The notes: generated from the sequence alone by a model not told the origin. 64,000 nucleotides of DNA from Candidatus Tepidifontimicrobium thermophilum (GCA_031459915.1 JAVKHO010000001.1:120840-184839), one strand, 5' to 3'; positions 19,049 through 29,385 are shown, counted from the stretch's first letter. A program made the numbers and translations.

Positions 19049-20209
19049 TCAGGCGTCCACCCCGGCCAGCCTGAGGAAGGCCCGCATGCGGTGGGCCGCG
19101 AGCTCCGGATCGTGGAAGAGTCCCGCGCGGTCTGCCAGGACGAACACCTCCACCAGATGGAGGACGGATCGGGCGCTCTCCATCCCTGCGACCATCCGGA
19201 AGTGATCCTGGTGTCCGTTGAGGTAGGCGAGGAAGACCAAGCCAGTCTTGTACCGGTAGGTGGGAGGACCGAAGATGTGGCGGCTGAGTGGGACACAAGG
19301 TGCCAGAATCTCCTCGTAAGCGGCCGCGTCGCCCCGGTCGAGCGCCTGCAGCGCCGCAGAGGCCGCAGGCGCGATGGCATCGAAGATCCCCAAAAGTGCG
19401 TGGCTGATATGCTGGCCGTCTCCCCGGATCAGTTCCACGAAGTGGAAGTCGTCCCCGGTGTACACCCGCACAGATGGAGGCAGGCGGCGCCGGAGCTGAA
19501 CTTCCACCTCGGGATCGAGGAGGGAGACCTTGACTCCGTCCACGCGATCCGCGTGCTCGGCCACGAGATCGACGAAGAACTCCAGCGCGTCGCGGGGATC
19601 CCGGTACCCCCAGTAGCCGCGGAGCGAGGGGTCGAAGGGCTCACCCAGCCAGTGGACCAATACGCGGCGGCTCGCGGACCGAAAGAGCCGGTCGTAGATC
19701 CTGAGGTAATCCCGAGGCTCCCGGGCTGCCGCGCACAGGGCCCGGCTGCTCATGATGACCGCCTGGGCCCCTTGCGCCTCGACCCACTCCAGCTGCCGGC
19801 GGTAACTGGCTTCCACCTCGTCGAGGCTAGCTTGGCCGGGGGTGAGGTCGTCGGTGTTCACGCCGCAGACGACCGGCGCGTCAGAGGGATGCGCGATCTC
19901 AGCCGTCCGACGGCAGAGTTCCATGGCCGTGGCAGGGTCGAGGCCCATCCCCCGTTGCGCGGTGTCCATGGCCTCCGCTACGCCGAGCCCCCAGGACCAC
20001 AGGTAGGCTCGGTACGCTAGTGTAGCCTCCCAGTCCAGATGACACTGCCCTTCCTCCGGCTCGCGCCAGGGGTCTGCCACCACATGGGCGGCGGCGTAGG
20101 CGACCCGGGAGCGGATCGGGTGCAGGGGGCGGGAGAAACTCCGGGGAGGCCCGAGTCGGTACCACGCCAGCGAGCGGTCCGGCTGGGGCAGGAGCACCTC
20201 CACCGCCAC
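19049..20209 (-). CDS. DUF993-like hypothetical enzyme.
   Basis: About 386 aa. The long ORF was trimmed to the GTG just after the stop of the upstream Gfo/Idh/MocA gene. The family assignment is from memory of co-occurrence with isomerase and oxidoreductase genes. Confidence 0.5.
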   Translation of the reverse strand: MAVEVLLPQPDRSLAWYRLGPPRSFSRPLHPIRSRVAYAAAHVVADPWREPEEGQCHLDWEATLAYRAYLWSWGLGVAEAMDTAQRGMGLDPATAMELCRRTAEIAHPSDAPVVCGVNTDDLTPGQASLDEVEASYRRQLEWVEAQGAQAVIMSSRALCAAAREPRDYLRIYDRLFRSASRRVLVHWLGEPFDPSLRGYWGYRDPRDALEFFVDLVAEHADRVDGVKVSLLDPEVEVQLRRRLPPSVRVYTGDDFHFVELIRGDGQHISHALLGIFDAIAPAASAALQALDRGDAAAYEEILAPCVPLSRHIFGPPTYRYKTGLVFLAYLNGHQDHFRMVAGMESARSVLHLVEVFVLADRAGLFHDPELAAHRMRAFLRLAGVDA

Positions 20210-20211
20210 GG

Positions 20212-21378
20212 CTAGAGCTCCAGGTCCGGCAGGTCCACCCAGCACCGCTCCCGCCAGGAGGTGTAGGCCGCTTCCACCACCTGGAGACCTCGGGCGCCCT
20301 CCAGGAAGTCCCAGCGGTAGGGGGCCCCGCCCAGGGCATGCTGCAGGAAGAGTTCCCACTGCACCTTGAAGGCGTTGTCGAAGGTCTCGTTGTCGGGGAC
20401 TGGAGCCCAGTCCGCGTAGTAGTCGTGGCCCTTGGGGATGTCGGGGTTCCACACCGCCCGGGGGGTGCACGCGCGGTGTTGCACGTAACAGTCCCGAAGT
20501 CCCGCCACCGCGCTCCCGTGGGTCCCGTCCACCTGGATCTGCAGCAGGTCGTCCCGTCGGACGCGGATGGTCCACGAGGAGAGGACGTGGGCGACGACCC
20601 CTCCGTCCAGCTGCAGAATGGCGTACGCCGCGTCCTCCGCGGTGCAGGTGTAGGGGCGCCCGCGCTCGTCGTAGCGCTGTGGAACGTGGGTGGCCCCCAG
20701 ACACACGAGGGATCGGATGCGCCCGAACAGGTTCTCTAGAACGTACTGCCAGTGGCAGAACATGTCCAGGACGATGCCACCGCCGTCCTCTCGGCGGTAG
20801 TTCCACGACGGCCGCTGGGCCGGTTGCCAGTCGCCCTCGAACACCCAGTAGCCGAACTGCATCTGGATGGACAGCACCTGGCCGAAGAAGGCGGAGTCCA
20901 CCAGCCTCTTCAACTTGCGAATCCCCGGCAGGAAGAGCTTGTCCTGCACCACCCCGTTTGCTACTCCCTTCTGCCGCGCGAGGCGTGCCAGCTCCAGAGC
21001 GGACGCGAAATCCGAGGCGACGGGCTTCTCGCAGTACACGTGTTTGCCCGCGGCGATGGCGCGTCGGAGAGCCTCGGCTCGGGCTGCGGTAACCTGCGCG
21101 TCGAAGTAGAGGGGTGCGTCGGGGTCCGAGAGGGCGTCGTCCAGGGAAGTGGTCCAGTGGTGGACCCCGTGCGCTTGCGCCAGGGCCTGCAGCTTTTCGG
21201 GGTCACGGCCCACCAGCACGGGCTCGGGGACCACTACGGTTCCGTCTGGCAGGCGGACGCCCCCCTGTTGCTGGATGGCCAGGATGGATCGGACTAGGTG
21301 CTGGTTACGTCCCATCCGGCCGGTAACCCCGTTCATGAGGATCCGCACGGTACGAATCATAGAAAGGGTTTTCTCCAC
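20212..21378 (-). CDS. Gfo/Idh/MocA family NAD(P)-dependent oxidoreductase.
   Basis: N-terminal Rossmann fold (VRILMNGVTGRMG) and an EKP motif. Confidence 0.8.
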   Translation of the reverse strand: MEKTLSMIRTVRILMNGVTGRMGRNQHLVRSILAIQQQGGVRLPDGTVVVPEPVLVGRDPEKLQALAQAHGVHHWTTSLDDALSDPDAPLYFDAQVTAARAEALRRAIAAGKHVYCEKPVASDFASALELARLARQKGVANGVVQDKLFLPGIRKLKRLVDSAFFGQVLSIQMQFGYWVFEGDWQPAQRPSWNYRREDGGGIVLDMFCHWQYVLENLFGRIRSLVCLGATHVPQRYDERGRPYTCTAEDAAYAILQLDGGVVAHVLSSWTIRVRRDDLLQIQVDGTHGSAVAGLRDCYVQHRACTPRAVWNPDIPKGHDYYADWAPVPDNETFDNAFKVQWELFLQHALGGAPYRWDFLEGARGLQVVEAAYTSWRERCWVDLPDLEL

Positions 21379-21455
21379 GGGGCCTCTCCTTTCCTCCCGC
21401 TGCCTGTGGCCGTCCTCCTGAATTTGTCACCGCGCCTGACCGCTGGACGGCGCTG

Positions 21456-21473
21456 TTGACAGTACCGTTAACC
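21456..21473. promoter_or_regulatory. Imperfect inverted repeat GTTGACAGTACCGTTAAC in the divergent promoter region; candidate LacI-family operator overlapping a TTGACA box.
   Basis: 14 of 18 positions are symmetric about the central GTAC. It lies 20 to 40 nt upstream of the LacI gene start. Confidence 0.25.
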
Positions 21474-21494
21474 TAGGATCTGAAAGGCGTTTCT

Positions 21495-22514
21495 ATGGCC
21501 ACCCTGGCGGAAGTAGCGAGGACGGCGGGGGTGTCCCTGGCGACGGCCAGCCGCGTCTTGAGCGGTAGTGGCTACCGGGTCCGGCCGGAGCTCAGGCGGA
21601 GGGTGCTGGCCGCCGCCCGGAGCCTGAACTATGTCCCCAACGCGCACGCGCAGGCCCTGGTGCGGGCACGCACCCACGTGGTCGGGGTGGTCGCCCACGA
21701 CGTCAGTGACCCGTACTTCGCAGAGATCGTTCGGGGCGCACAGCGGGTCGCCAGTCGGGCAGGACGGCTGACCATCATCTGCAACACTTACCGCGACCCA
21801 GACCGAGAAGTGGAGTACGTGCGGCTCCTCCACGCCCAGCGGGTGGAGGCCATCGTGTTGGCTGGCAGCGGGCGCGACGACCGTAGCTACGGGCAGAAGA
21901 TGTTGGCGGCCGTGGAGGCTTACCTGGCCACCGGGGGGCGGCTGGTGGTGATCAGCCGTCACCATTTACCCGGCGACGCGGTGCTGCCCGACAACTTCGG
22001 GGGAGCCAGAGCCCTGGCCCACTACCTGGCGGATCTGGGGCATCGGAGGGTGGCGATGATCGCGGGACCCCCTCAGCTGACAACCACGCGGGATCGGGTA
22101 GAGGGCTTCCGCCAGGGGCTGTCGGAGAAAGGCATCCGCCTGGACCCCACATGGGTGCTGCCCGGTGACTTCAGCCGAGATAGCGGAGAGGCCGCGGCGG
22201 AACAGCTCCTCCGGCGAGGGCTGCGCGTGACGGCCATCTTCGCCTTGAACGACCAGATGGCTGTGGGAGCCCTGGCGACGCTTCGGCGGGCTGGGTTTCG
22301 GGTCCCTGACGATGTCTCGCTAGCGGGCTTCGACGATATGGCGATCGCCCGGGACGTCACACCGACGCTGACCACCGTCCGCATCCCCATGGAGGAGATG
22401 GGGGTCCGGGCCATGGAGCTGGCCCTGGAGAGCCCCGGCGAAGACCTCCGTGTGGCGTTCTTCCCCGCGGTGGTGATCCCGAGGGAAAGCACGGCTCCGC
22501 CGAAGGGGGCTTAG
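21495..22514 (+). CDS. LacI family transcriptional regulator.
   Basis: N-terminal LacI-type helix-turn-helix (MATLAEVARTAGVSLATASRVLSG) plus a periplasmic-binding-protein-like sugar-binding core. Confidence 0.85.
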   Translation: MATLAEVARTAGVSLATASRVLSGSGYRVRPELRRRVLAAARSLNYVPNAHAQALVRARTHVVGVVAHDVSDPYFAEIVRGAQRVASRAGRLTIICNTYRDPDREVEYVRLLHAQRVEAIVLAGSGRDDRSYGQKMLAAVEAYLATGGRLVVISRHHLPGDAVLPDNFGGARALAHYLADLGHRRVAMIAGPPQLTTTRDRVEGFRQGLSEKGIRLDPTWVLPGDFSRDSGEAAAEQLLRRGLRVTAIFALNDQMAVGALATLRRAGFRVPDDVSLAGFDDMAIARDVTPTLTTVRIPMEEMGVRAMELALESPGEDLRVAFFPAVVIPRESTAPPKGA

Positions 22515-22519
22515 CAGAG

Positions 22520-23665
22520 GTGGGGGCAGACCTGCAGGCGCGGATCGATCGGGTGGACGTGTACGTGGTGGGTCTCCCGGTCCGGCGGGCCTTCGCCATC
22601 TCTGGAGGGGCCGTGACCCGTGTGGGGGAACCCGCGGTGCGGGTGCTGGTCAAGGTGACAGACACGGACGGCGCGTGCGGCTGGGGTGAGGCGACCCCGC
22701 TGCCTTCGTGGACGTACGAGACCACCGAGTCCATCGTGGGGACGCTGCGCGGCTATCTGGCTCCCGCGGTTCAGGGCCATCCACTATGGGATCTGGACGG
22801 GCTCCATCGGACGTTCGACCGCGTCATCCAGCGTGGTTTCTCCATCGGTGCCCCGCTGGCGAAGGCTGCCCTGGACGTGGCCGTCCACGACCTCGTGGGT
22901 CGACGTCTGCGGGTGCCCGTGGGTGTGTGGCGCGGGTCCCGGCGGCGGGAGGAGATCGAGTTGGCTTGGGTGGTGTCGCCTGAAAGCGTGGCGGCGGCGG
23001 AGGCCAGCGTGGAGGAAGGACGGGCTGCGGGCTACCGGGCGTTCAAGGTCAAAATCGGCCTGCACACGGAGGACGAGGACGTGGCCATCGTCCGCGCTGT
23101 CCGCAAACGTGCGGGGTCCGCGTTCCTGTGGGTGGACGCCAACCAGGCTTACCGACCCCAGGAAGCGCTGCGGGTAGCGCGTCGGCTTTCGGAGCTGGAC
23201 GTGGCGGTTTTCGAACAGCCCTTGAGGAGCAACGACCTGTTCGGCCTCGCCTGGCTGAGGGAGCGGTCACCGATCCCCGTCGCCCTGGACGAGACCCTGC
23301 GACACCCGCAGGACCTGCTGACCGCGGTTCGGCTTGGGTGTCTGGACGTGGCCATCGCAAAGGTCCAGCGGAACGCGGGCCTGTGGTTGTCGTGGAGGCT
23401 CTGCGAGCTGGTGGAGGAGTCCGGGCTCGACCTTATGGGATCCGGGCTGACCGACTCCGACCTCGGGCTGGCTGCCTCCCTGCACCTGTTCGGCGGTTTC
23501 GGCCTCCGCCACCCCGCCGACCTGAACGGGCGGCAGTTCCTGGAGAGCCCCTACGCGGTGCAGACGGTCCAGGTGGAGGGGGGATACGCCAGGGTCCCCG
23601 TGGCTCCTGGCCTGGGGGTGGAAGTGGACGAGGGGGCTGTCCGGCGCCTCAGCCTGTCCATCTGA
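22520..23665 (+). CDS. Enolase-superfamily enzyme (mandelate racemase / muconate lactonizing enzyme / dipeptide epimerase type).
   Basis: Capping domain followed by a barrel with the KxK motif (FKVKIG) and metal-ligand acidic residues. Confidence 0.75.
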   Translation: MGADLQARIDRVDVYVVGLPVRRAFAISGGAVTRVGEPAVRVLVKVTDTDGACGWGEATPLPSWTYETTESIVGTLRGYLAPAVQGHPLWDLDGLHRTFDRVIQRGFSIGAPLAKAALDVAVHDLVGRRLRVPVGVWRGSRRREEIELAWVVSPESVAAAEASVEEGRAAGYRAFKVKIGLHTEDEDVAIVRAVRKRAGSAFLWVDANQAYRPQEALRVARRLSELDVAVFEQPLRSNDLFGLAWLRERSPIPVALDETLRHPQDLLTAVRLGCLDVAIAKVQRNAGLWLSWRLCELVEESGLDLMGSGLTDSDLGLAASLHLFGGFGLRHPADLNGRQFLESPYAVQTVQVEGGYARVPVAPGLGVEVDEGAVRRLSLSI

Positions 23666-23725
23666 CCCCCCAAACACAGACGAGCTGGCCGCGGGATTGC
23701 TCCTACCGCAGGCGGGGAGGTCGTC

Positions 23726-25360
23726 GTGACCCTTTCGAGCCGGCTCGTCGCGGTCACCCTGCTGGCCGTGGTCCCCGTGGCCCTGAGCCTCGGCTACACC
23801 TACCGCCGGGAGCGAGCAAGGCAGCTGGTCCTCGTGGAGGATCGGGCGCGGCGGTCCGCGGAGCTGCTCGCCGCGGACACAGCCCGTCTGCTGGAGGACG
23901 TCCGGAGGGAACTGGTGCGCCTGAGTCTGGTGGCAGCGGTGCGCGACGGCGAACCGGAGGGATGCAACCAGCGCCTCACCCGCACCGTGGCGGACGGCCA
24001 TCTGTTCGCAGGGATCCTGAGGGTCGACCGCGGGGGCCGGCCGGTCTGCGCTTCCCATCCGATGGCCGCCATGGGCTGGGCGCGACAGCCCACCAGCCGC
24101 GCGCTCGCGCGGACCGCAAGGTTCTCGGTGGGTGCGCTCGTGGAGGGAGGCAACACGTTGGGCCTCGCGGTGGCCGTGCCGGTGCCGGACGCCAGGTACC
24201 GGACGACCCTAGGCACCCTGCTGGCCGCCGTACACCCAGACCGCCTGCAGGGCCTCGTACGCGGCCGGCCGGCCGTGGTGGGGGAGACCTGGGCTGTGCT
24301 GGACCCGCGTGGGCGGGTGCTGGCTGCCTGGCCAGAAGGCGCTGCCGTTCCGGGAAGGCCGTGGGCGGTCTGGGACTGGCGCGACGGCACGTCGGACGGA
24401 GTAGCATTAGCCGGCTGGACTTCCGCTGCGGCCTTCCGGCGGACTAGGGGCCACGCGGTGGCCCACGTGGCCGTGGCGGACGGTGCGGTGGTGGCGGTGT
24501 GGGCGGTGTCCGAAGACGTGGCGTTCGCGGACCTGCGGGCCGCGGCCCGGAACAGCTGGCTGGCGCTGGGGTTTGCGGCGGTCTGCGCCGCGGTGGTGGT
24601 GTGGGCGGCGAGCCGGTGGCTGGTGCTGCGGCCCGTAGAGGCTCTCGTGCGGGCGGCGGAGCGGGTCCGCAGCGGGGACCTGGGGGCCCGTACGGGGCTG
24701 GCGTACGACGGCACCGAGCTGGGCTCCCTCGCCTCCGCCTTCGACGAGATGGTGGAAGCCCTCCGGGCGCGGGAGGCGGAGCTGGCCGCGGCCTACGACA
24801 CTACCCTGGAGGGGTGGTCCAGGGCCCTGGACCTCAGGGATCGCGAGACCCGGGGACACACCCTGCGGGTGGCAGCCCTGGCGGTGGAACTGGCCCGCGC
24901 CATGGGCGTGCCCGAGGATCAGGTGGTGCACGTGCGCCGGGGGGCCCTGTTGCACGACATCGGCAAGATGGCCATCCCCGACGAAATCCTCCACAAGCCG
25001 GGGCCCCTCACGGCGGAGGAGATGGCGGTGATGCGGCGCCACCCCCAGTACGCGTACGAGCTCCTGTGGCCCATCCGTTACCTGCGACCGGCCCTGGACA
25101 TCCCCTACTGCCACCACGAGCGGTGGGACGGTAGCGGCTACCCCCGCGGCCTGCGGGGAGAGGAGATCCCTCTGGCGGCCCGGATCTTCGCGGTGGTGGA
25201 CGTCTGGGACGCTCTTTCCAACCCTCGGCCCTACCGGCCCGCTTGGCCGCAGGACAAAGCCCGAGCCTACCTCCAGGAGCAGGCCGGACGCCAGTTCGAC
25301 CCGGAAGTGGTGGCCGCGTTTTTGCGCCTGCTGGACGGGCAAAAAGCAGAGGCAGGCTAG
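23726..25360 (+). CDS. HD-GYP domain c-di-GMP phosphodiesterase with a transmembrane/sensor region and a HAMP domain.
   Basis: N-terminal transmembrane helix, a second helix, a HAMP domain, then HD-GYP signatures (HTLRVAALAVELA ... LLHDIGK ... HHERWDGSGYPRGL). GTG start. Confidence 0.8.
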   Translation: MTLSSRLVAVTLLAVVPVALSLGYTYRRERARQLVLVEDRARRSAELLAADTARLLEDVRRELVRLSLVAAVRDGEPEGCNQRLTRTVADGHLFAGILRVDRGGRPVCASHPMAAMGWARQPTSRALARTARFSVGALVEGGNTLGLAVAVPVPDARYRTTLGTLLAAVHPDRLQGLVRGRPAVVGETWAVLDPRGRVLAAWPEGAAVPGRPWAVWDWRDGTSDGVALAGWTSAAAFRRTRGHAVAHVAVADGAVVAVWAVSEDVAFADLRAAARNSWLALGFAAVCAAVVVWAASRWLVLRPVEALVRAAERVRSGDLGARTGLAYDGTELGSLASAFDEMVEALRAREAELAAAYDTTLEGWSRALDLRDRETRGHTLRVAALAVELARAMGVPEDQVVHVRRGALLHDIGKMAIPDEILHKPGPLTAEEMAVMRRHPQYAYELLWPIRYLRPALDIPYCHHERWDGSGYPRGLRGEEIPLAARIFAVVDVWDALSNPRPYRPAWPQDKARAYLQEQAGRQFDPEVVAAFLRLLDGQKAEAG

Positions 25361-25364
25361 CGGC

Positions 25365-25868
25365 TCACTTAGAGTGCTTGTCGGCCACCTTCGTGGCCCC
25401 GTACGCTTCCGGCTTGGTCTTGGCCGCGTACCCGGAACCCGTGACCATGCCCACCACCTCTCGGATGATGGACTTGGTCTCGCCCCGGTCGCCGACGTCC
25501 ACGTGGATCTCCACCGGTAGCTGAGCGTGGCCGTTGCGGGCCAGCCCCGCGGAGAGGCGGGAGGCCACCTCCAGGCTCAGGGAGACCTCGTACAGGATCC
25601 GCTGGCGGAGGCTGTCTATCTTGCGGGTGTAGTGCTTCCGGTAAAAGTACCGGCCGCCCTGCCCGACCCGGTGGATGACGATGGCGGTCACGAAGCAGGT
25701 GTGGTCCGAGACGAGAGAGTCTGTGCCCACGATCAGGTGGTAAGGCCGCTCGGGCTGCTCCTCCACGAACGCCACCACGTGGCGGAACATCTCGTCGAAC
25801 GTCATGCGCCCCAGGGTGGGGCTTACGTACTCCATGGCGGACTCCCAGGCCAGTATAGGCCGGCCCAC
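25365..25868 (-). CDS. YkuK/DUF458 family protein with an RNase-H-like fold.
   Basis: The 167-aa sequence matches my memory of the YkuK family (DTCFVTAIVIHR ... HVDVGDRGETK). Confidence 0.55.
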   Translation of the reverse strand: MGRPILAWESAMEYVSPTLGRMTFDEMFRHVVAFVEEQPERPYHLIVGTDSLVSDHTCFVTAIVIHRVGQGGRYFYRKHYTRKIDSLRQRILYEVSLSLEVASRLSAGLARNGHAQLPVEIHVDVGDRGETKSIIREVVGMVTGSGYAAKTKPEAYGATKVADKHSK

Positions 25869-25890
25869 GGGTTCCTTCCACGGGCCGGGC

Positions 25891-26484
25891 CTACAGCTCG
25901 CGCCGGCCCTCGAGGGCCCTGGCGAGGGTCACCTCGTCTGCGTACTCCAGGTCCCCGCCCACGGGCAGGCCGTGCGCCAGCCGCGTCACCCGGATCCCCA
26001 GGGGACGGATGAGCCGGGCGAGGTAGAGGGCGGTGGCGTCTCCCTCCACGCGGGGGTTGGTGGCCACGATGACCTCGCGCACCTCGCCACCGCGCAGGCG
26101 GTCCAGCAGCTCGCGGATCCGTAGGTCCTCCGGGCCGACCCCGTCCAGGGGCGAGATGGCGCCCCCGAGCACGTGGTAACGGCCCCGGAACTCCCGGGCC
26201 CGTTCAATGGCCAGCACGTCCCGGGAGTCCTCCACCACGCACAGGACAGAAGGGTCGCGGGTGGGGCTGGTGCAGATGGCGCACGGGTCCACCTCCGTGA
26301 GGTGGAAGCAGACCGAGCACGGCTTCACCCGCGCCTTGGCTTCCAGCAGAGCCTCGGCCAGCTGCCGGACCTCGTCCTCGGACATCCGGAGGACGTGCAG
26401 CGCCAGGCGCTGGGCAGTTTTCGGCCCCACCGTGGGCAGCCGCGACAGGTGCTCGACCAGACGGGCCAGGGCCTCGGGCAGCAT
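25891..26484 (-). CDS. recR: Recombination protein RecR.
   Basis: Helix-hairpin-helix, the C4 zinc finger ([16 protein letters not shown]), and a Toprim domain. Confidence 0.9.
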   Translation of the reverse strand: MLPEALARLVEHLSRLPTVGPKTAQRLALHVLRMSEDEVRQLAEALLEAKARVKPCSVCFHLTEVDPCAICTSPTRDPSVLCVVEDSRDVLAIERAREFRGRYHVLGGAISPLDGVGPEDLRIRELLDRLRGGEVREVIVATNPRVEGDATALYLARLIRPLGIRVTRLAHGLPVGGDLEYADEVTLARALEGRREL

Positions 26485-26488
26485 CCCC

Positions 26489-26800
26489 TTACGCCAGACC
26501 CGGCAGGCCGAAGCCGCCGGCGATCCCCTTCAGGCGCTGCTCCGCTTGTGCGCGGGCCTGCTCCTGGGCGTGGTGAAGGGCCGCCAGCACCAGGTCCTCC
26601 AAGGTCTCCACGTCCCCGGGGTCCACCACTTCCGGCGCGATGTGGACCTCCAGCACGCGGCCATGCCCGTCCACCACCACCCGGACGGTGCCGCCACCCG
26701 CACTGGCCTCCACGCGTTCCTGGGCCAGCTCCTCCTGCACACGGGCGAACTCCTCCTGAACCTTCTGGACCTGCCGGAGCACCTTGCTCACGTCCCGCAC
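26489..26800 (-). CDS. ybaB: Nucleoid-associated protein YbaB/EbfC.
   Basis: 103 aa with the typical YbaB sequence, in the conserved position between dnaX and recR. Confidence 0.85.
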   Translation of the reverse strand: MRDVSKVLRQVQKVQEEFARVQEELAQERVEASAGGGTVRVVVDGHGRVLEVHIAPEVVDPGDVETLEDLVLAALHHAQEQARAQAEQRLKGIAGGFGLPGLA

Positions 26801-26816
26801 GGCTCACCTCTTTGCG

Positions 26817-28439
26817 CTACTCCTCCGGTGCCTCGAGCGGCCGGAAGGCCACTGCAGGCCCCAGGAGGTGCGTGGCTTGGTCCACCAGGGGGTCCCTGGG
26901 CGGGTCCCGGGGTGGAGGGGGTGTGGTGTCTGCCACCACGACGCGCAGCCGCAGACGCCGGCCGAGGGCCTGCTGGAAAGCCTGTTCGACTAGACCCCGG
27001 TGCCGCGGGTCCTGCAGGGTGCTGGCCGCAAACTCCCCGCCCACGGGGAACTCCACCACAAGCTCGTCCGCGTCCAACGCGGCGGGTCTGGCGTCCGCCA
27101 GCAGGGCGAAGGTGTAGGCGCGCTTGGCCTTGACCTCCTCGAGGACGCGCGGCCACCGCGCGACCACGGACTCCCAGTCCAGCTCGGGTTCTACGGGCAG
27201 GGCGGACTGGACCACAGGTCCGTCCGCCTCCGCGGGCCGGCGGGATGGCAGCTCCGCGCGCGTCGGCTCGGCAGGTTGGTCGGGTTCCGTCGCCTGGAGC
27301 ATCCGCTCCAGCCTGAGCACGCGGCCACGCAGGCCTTCCAGGGTCGGGTCCACGTCGGGCCGCGCGAGGCGCAGCAGGGCCAGCTCCAGGCTGAGCCGGG
27401 GCTGGGTACTCCACCGGGCCTCGTTCTCCGCGGCCGCCAGGACGGAGATCGCGCGCAGCAGCTCCTCTGGAGGGAAGCTGTGGGCCTGCTGGAGCAGCCG
27501 GGCGACCCGGTCCGGGGGCGCATCCACCAGGTCCCGGAGGTCCGGGGCGGTGCGCAGGAGCAACAGGTCCCGGAAGTGGGACACCAGACGCCGCAGCACC
27601 GCGCGTGGGTCCCGGCCGCTTTCCGCCACCCGCGCGGCCAGCCGCAGCGCGGCCGCGGCGTCGGAGTTCTGAACCGCGTCGGTGACCGCGTCCACCAGCT
27701 CGTCCTCCAGCAGGCCCAACAGGCGGACCACGTCCGCTTCCTGGATGGGCCCTTCCACGCTGCTCGCGAGCTGGTCGAGGACGCTCTCGGCATCCCGCAG
27801 CGCCCCGTCCGCGGACCGCGCGATCAGGTGCAGGGCACCTGGAGCGATCTGCAGTCCCTCCTCCTGCGCGATGCGGGACAGCCGTTCCACCACCAGGGGG
27901 GTGGGGATCCGTCGGAACTCGAACCGCTGGCACCGGGAAAGGATGGTGGTGGGCAACCGGTGGGGTTCGGTGGTCACCAACACGAACACCACGTGCGGGG
28001 GCGGCTCCTCCAGGGTCTTCAGCAGCGCGTTTTCCGCCTCCGTGGTGAGCATGTGGGCCTCGTCGAGGATGTACACCTTGTACCGGCTCGCCGCGGGCGC
28101 CAGGCGCACCCGCTCGCGGATCTCCCGGATCTCGTCGATGCCCCGGTTGCTGGCGGCGTCCAGCTCGATGACGTCCAGGGAGCTGCCCTCCGCGATGGCC
28201 CGACACGCCGCGCAGCGGTTGCAAGGGTCCGGCGTGGGCCCCTGCTCGCAGTTGAGGGCCTTGGCGAGGATCCGGGCGGTGGTGGTCTTCCCGGTCCCGC
28301 GGTGGCCGCTGAACAGGTACGCGTGGCTGATCCGGCCGGTGGCGAGGGCGCCCCGCAGGGTACGGGTCACCGGCTCCTGCCCCACCACGTCGCCGAAGGT
28401 CTGGGGCCTCCACTTGCGGTACAGAGAGAGGTGCGCCAT
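26817..28439 (-). CDS. dnaX: DNA polymerase III subunits gamma and tau.
   Basis: AAA+ clamp-loader motifs (GHRGTGKTT, the C4 zinc module CNRCAACRAI, and SRC). Start taken at the internal Met (MAHLSLYRKWRPQTF). Confidence 0.85.
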   Translation of the reverse strand: MAHLSLYRKWRPQTFGDVVGQEPVTRTLRGALATGRISHAYLFSGHRGTGKTTTARILAKALNCEQGPTPDPCNRCAACRAIAEGSSLDVIELDAASNRGIDEIREIRERVRLAPAASRYKVYILDEAHMLTTEAENALLKTLEEPPPHVVFVLVTTEPHRLPTTILSRCQRFEFRRIPTPLVVERLSRIAQEEGLQIAPGALHLIARSADGALRDAESVLDQLASSVEGPIQEADVVRLLGLLEDELVDAVTDAVQNSDAAAALRLAARVAESGRDPRAVLRRLVSHFRDLLLLRTAPDLRDLVDAPPDRVARLLQQAHSFPPEELLRAISVLAAAENEARWSTQPRLSLELALLRLARPDVDPTLEGLRGRVLRLERMLQATEPDQPAEPTRAELPSRRPAEADGPVVQSALPVEPELDWESVVARWPRVLEEVKAKRAYTFALLADARPAALDADELVVEFPVGGEFAASTLQDPRHRGLVEQAFQQALGRRLRLRVVVADTTPPPPRDPPRDPLVDQATHLLGPAVAFRPLEAPEE

Positions 28440-28480
28440 GGGTCCGGAGCGGGCCTGCCGACACTGGTATTCTACCTGAA

Positions 28481-29368
28481 GTGGGACCGGAGAGCTTGCA
28501 TCTGGCAACACGGGTAAGCCTGCTGGCCCTGCAGGTGACTGCGGCCCTGTGGGTGTACCAGGACGCCAGGCGGTGGTCCAGGGCGGCGTGGTGGTGGGGT
28601 CTGCTGGTGGCCGCAGGCGGGCCGGTGACCTTCCCCGCGTACGTGCTGCTGTTCCGGCCGCCGGACGGGGAGTGGGGTGCCGCAGAGGTCCTCGCGGTGG
28701 CGAGCTTCGGATTGCTCACCGTCCCCCTGGCCGCCAGCGTGCTGGTGGACCCGTGGGAGGGCTTGGGGGCCGTGGCCACCGCGGTGGTGGCGCAGAGCGC
28801 GGCGCTACTGGCAGGCTGCTGGCAGGTACTTCGGAGGTACCGCCGGACGTGGTCCGGGCTGGGTCTGGGTTGGGCGCACGCTCCGCGAGGGGTGGCGGTG
28901 GGAGTGGCGGCGGGGATTCCTCTCGTGGCGGCGGTGCACTACGCGGTGCAGCCCGCCGCGGTGTACCTGCTGGGACTGGTGATGGGGCAGGAGCGCGCCC
29001 GGACCCTGGCGGAGCTGGAGCAGTGGTCCAATCCCCTCGTACAGGCCATGCCCCCCCTCAGCGACTGGTCCGCGGTGGCCCTGTTCGCGGCGCTGGTGTG
29101 CGGGCTCGTGCCGCTGGCGGAGGAGGTTTTCTTCCGGGGGCTGGCTTACCAGGCGGCCCGGCGGAGGCTCCATCCGGGGTGGGCTGCGGGGCTCGTGGCG
29201 TTGGCCTTCGCCGCGGTGCACCTGCAGGTGGTCAACTTCCTGCCCATCGCGGTACTGGGGTGGGCGTTCGCGGTGGCGGTGGAGCGCACCGGCAGCCTCG
29301 TCCCCGCGGTGGCGATGCACGCAGTCAACAACCTGGTGGCCCTCGTGGTGGCCTACACGCAGCGGTAG
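28481..29368 (+). CDS. CPBP family intramembrane metalloprotease (CAAX protease-like) with an extra N-terminal membrane region.
   Basis: CPBP signature motifs EEVFFRG, FAAVH and HAVNN within a polytopic membrane protein. Confidence 0.7.
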   Translation: MGPESLHLATRVSLLALQVTAALWVYQDARRWSRAAWWWGLLVAAGGPVTFPAYVLLFRPPDGEWGAAEVLAVASFGLLTVPLAASVLVDPWEGLGAVATAVVAQSAALLAGCWQVLRRYRRTWSGLGLGWAHAPRGVAVGVAAGIPLVAAVHYAVQPAAVYLLGLVMGQERARTLAELEQWSNPLVQAMPPLSDWSAVALFAALVCGLVPLAEEVFFRGLAYQAARRRLHPGWAAGLVALAFAAVHLQVVNFLPIAVLGWAFAVAVERTGSLVPAVAMHAVNNLVALVVAYTQR

Positions 29369-29385
29369 CCCGCGGGGTTTGCGGG

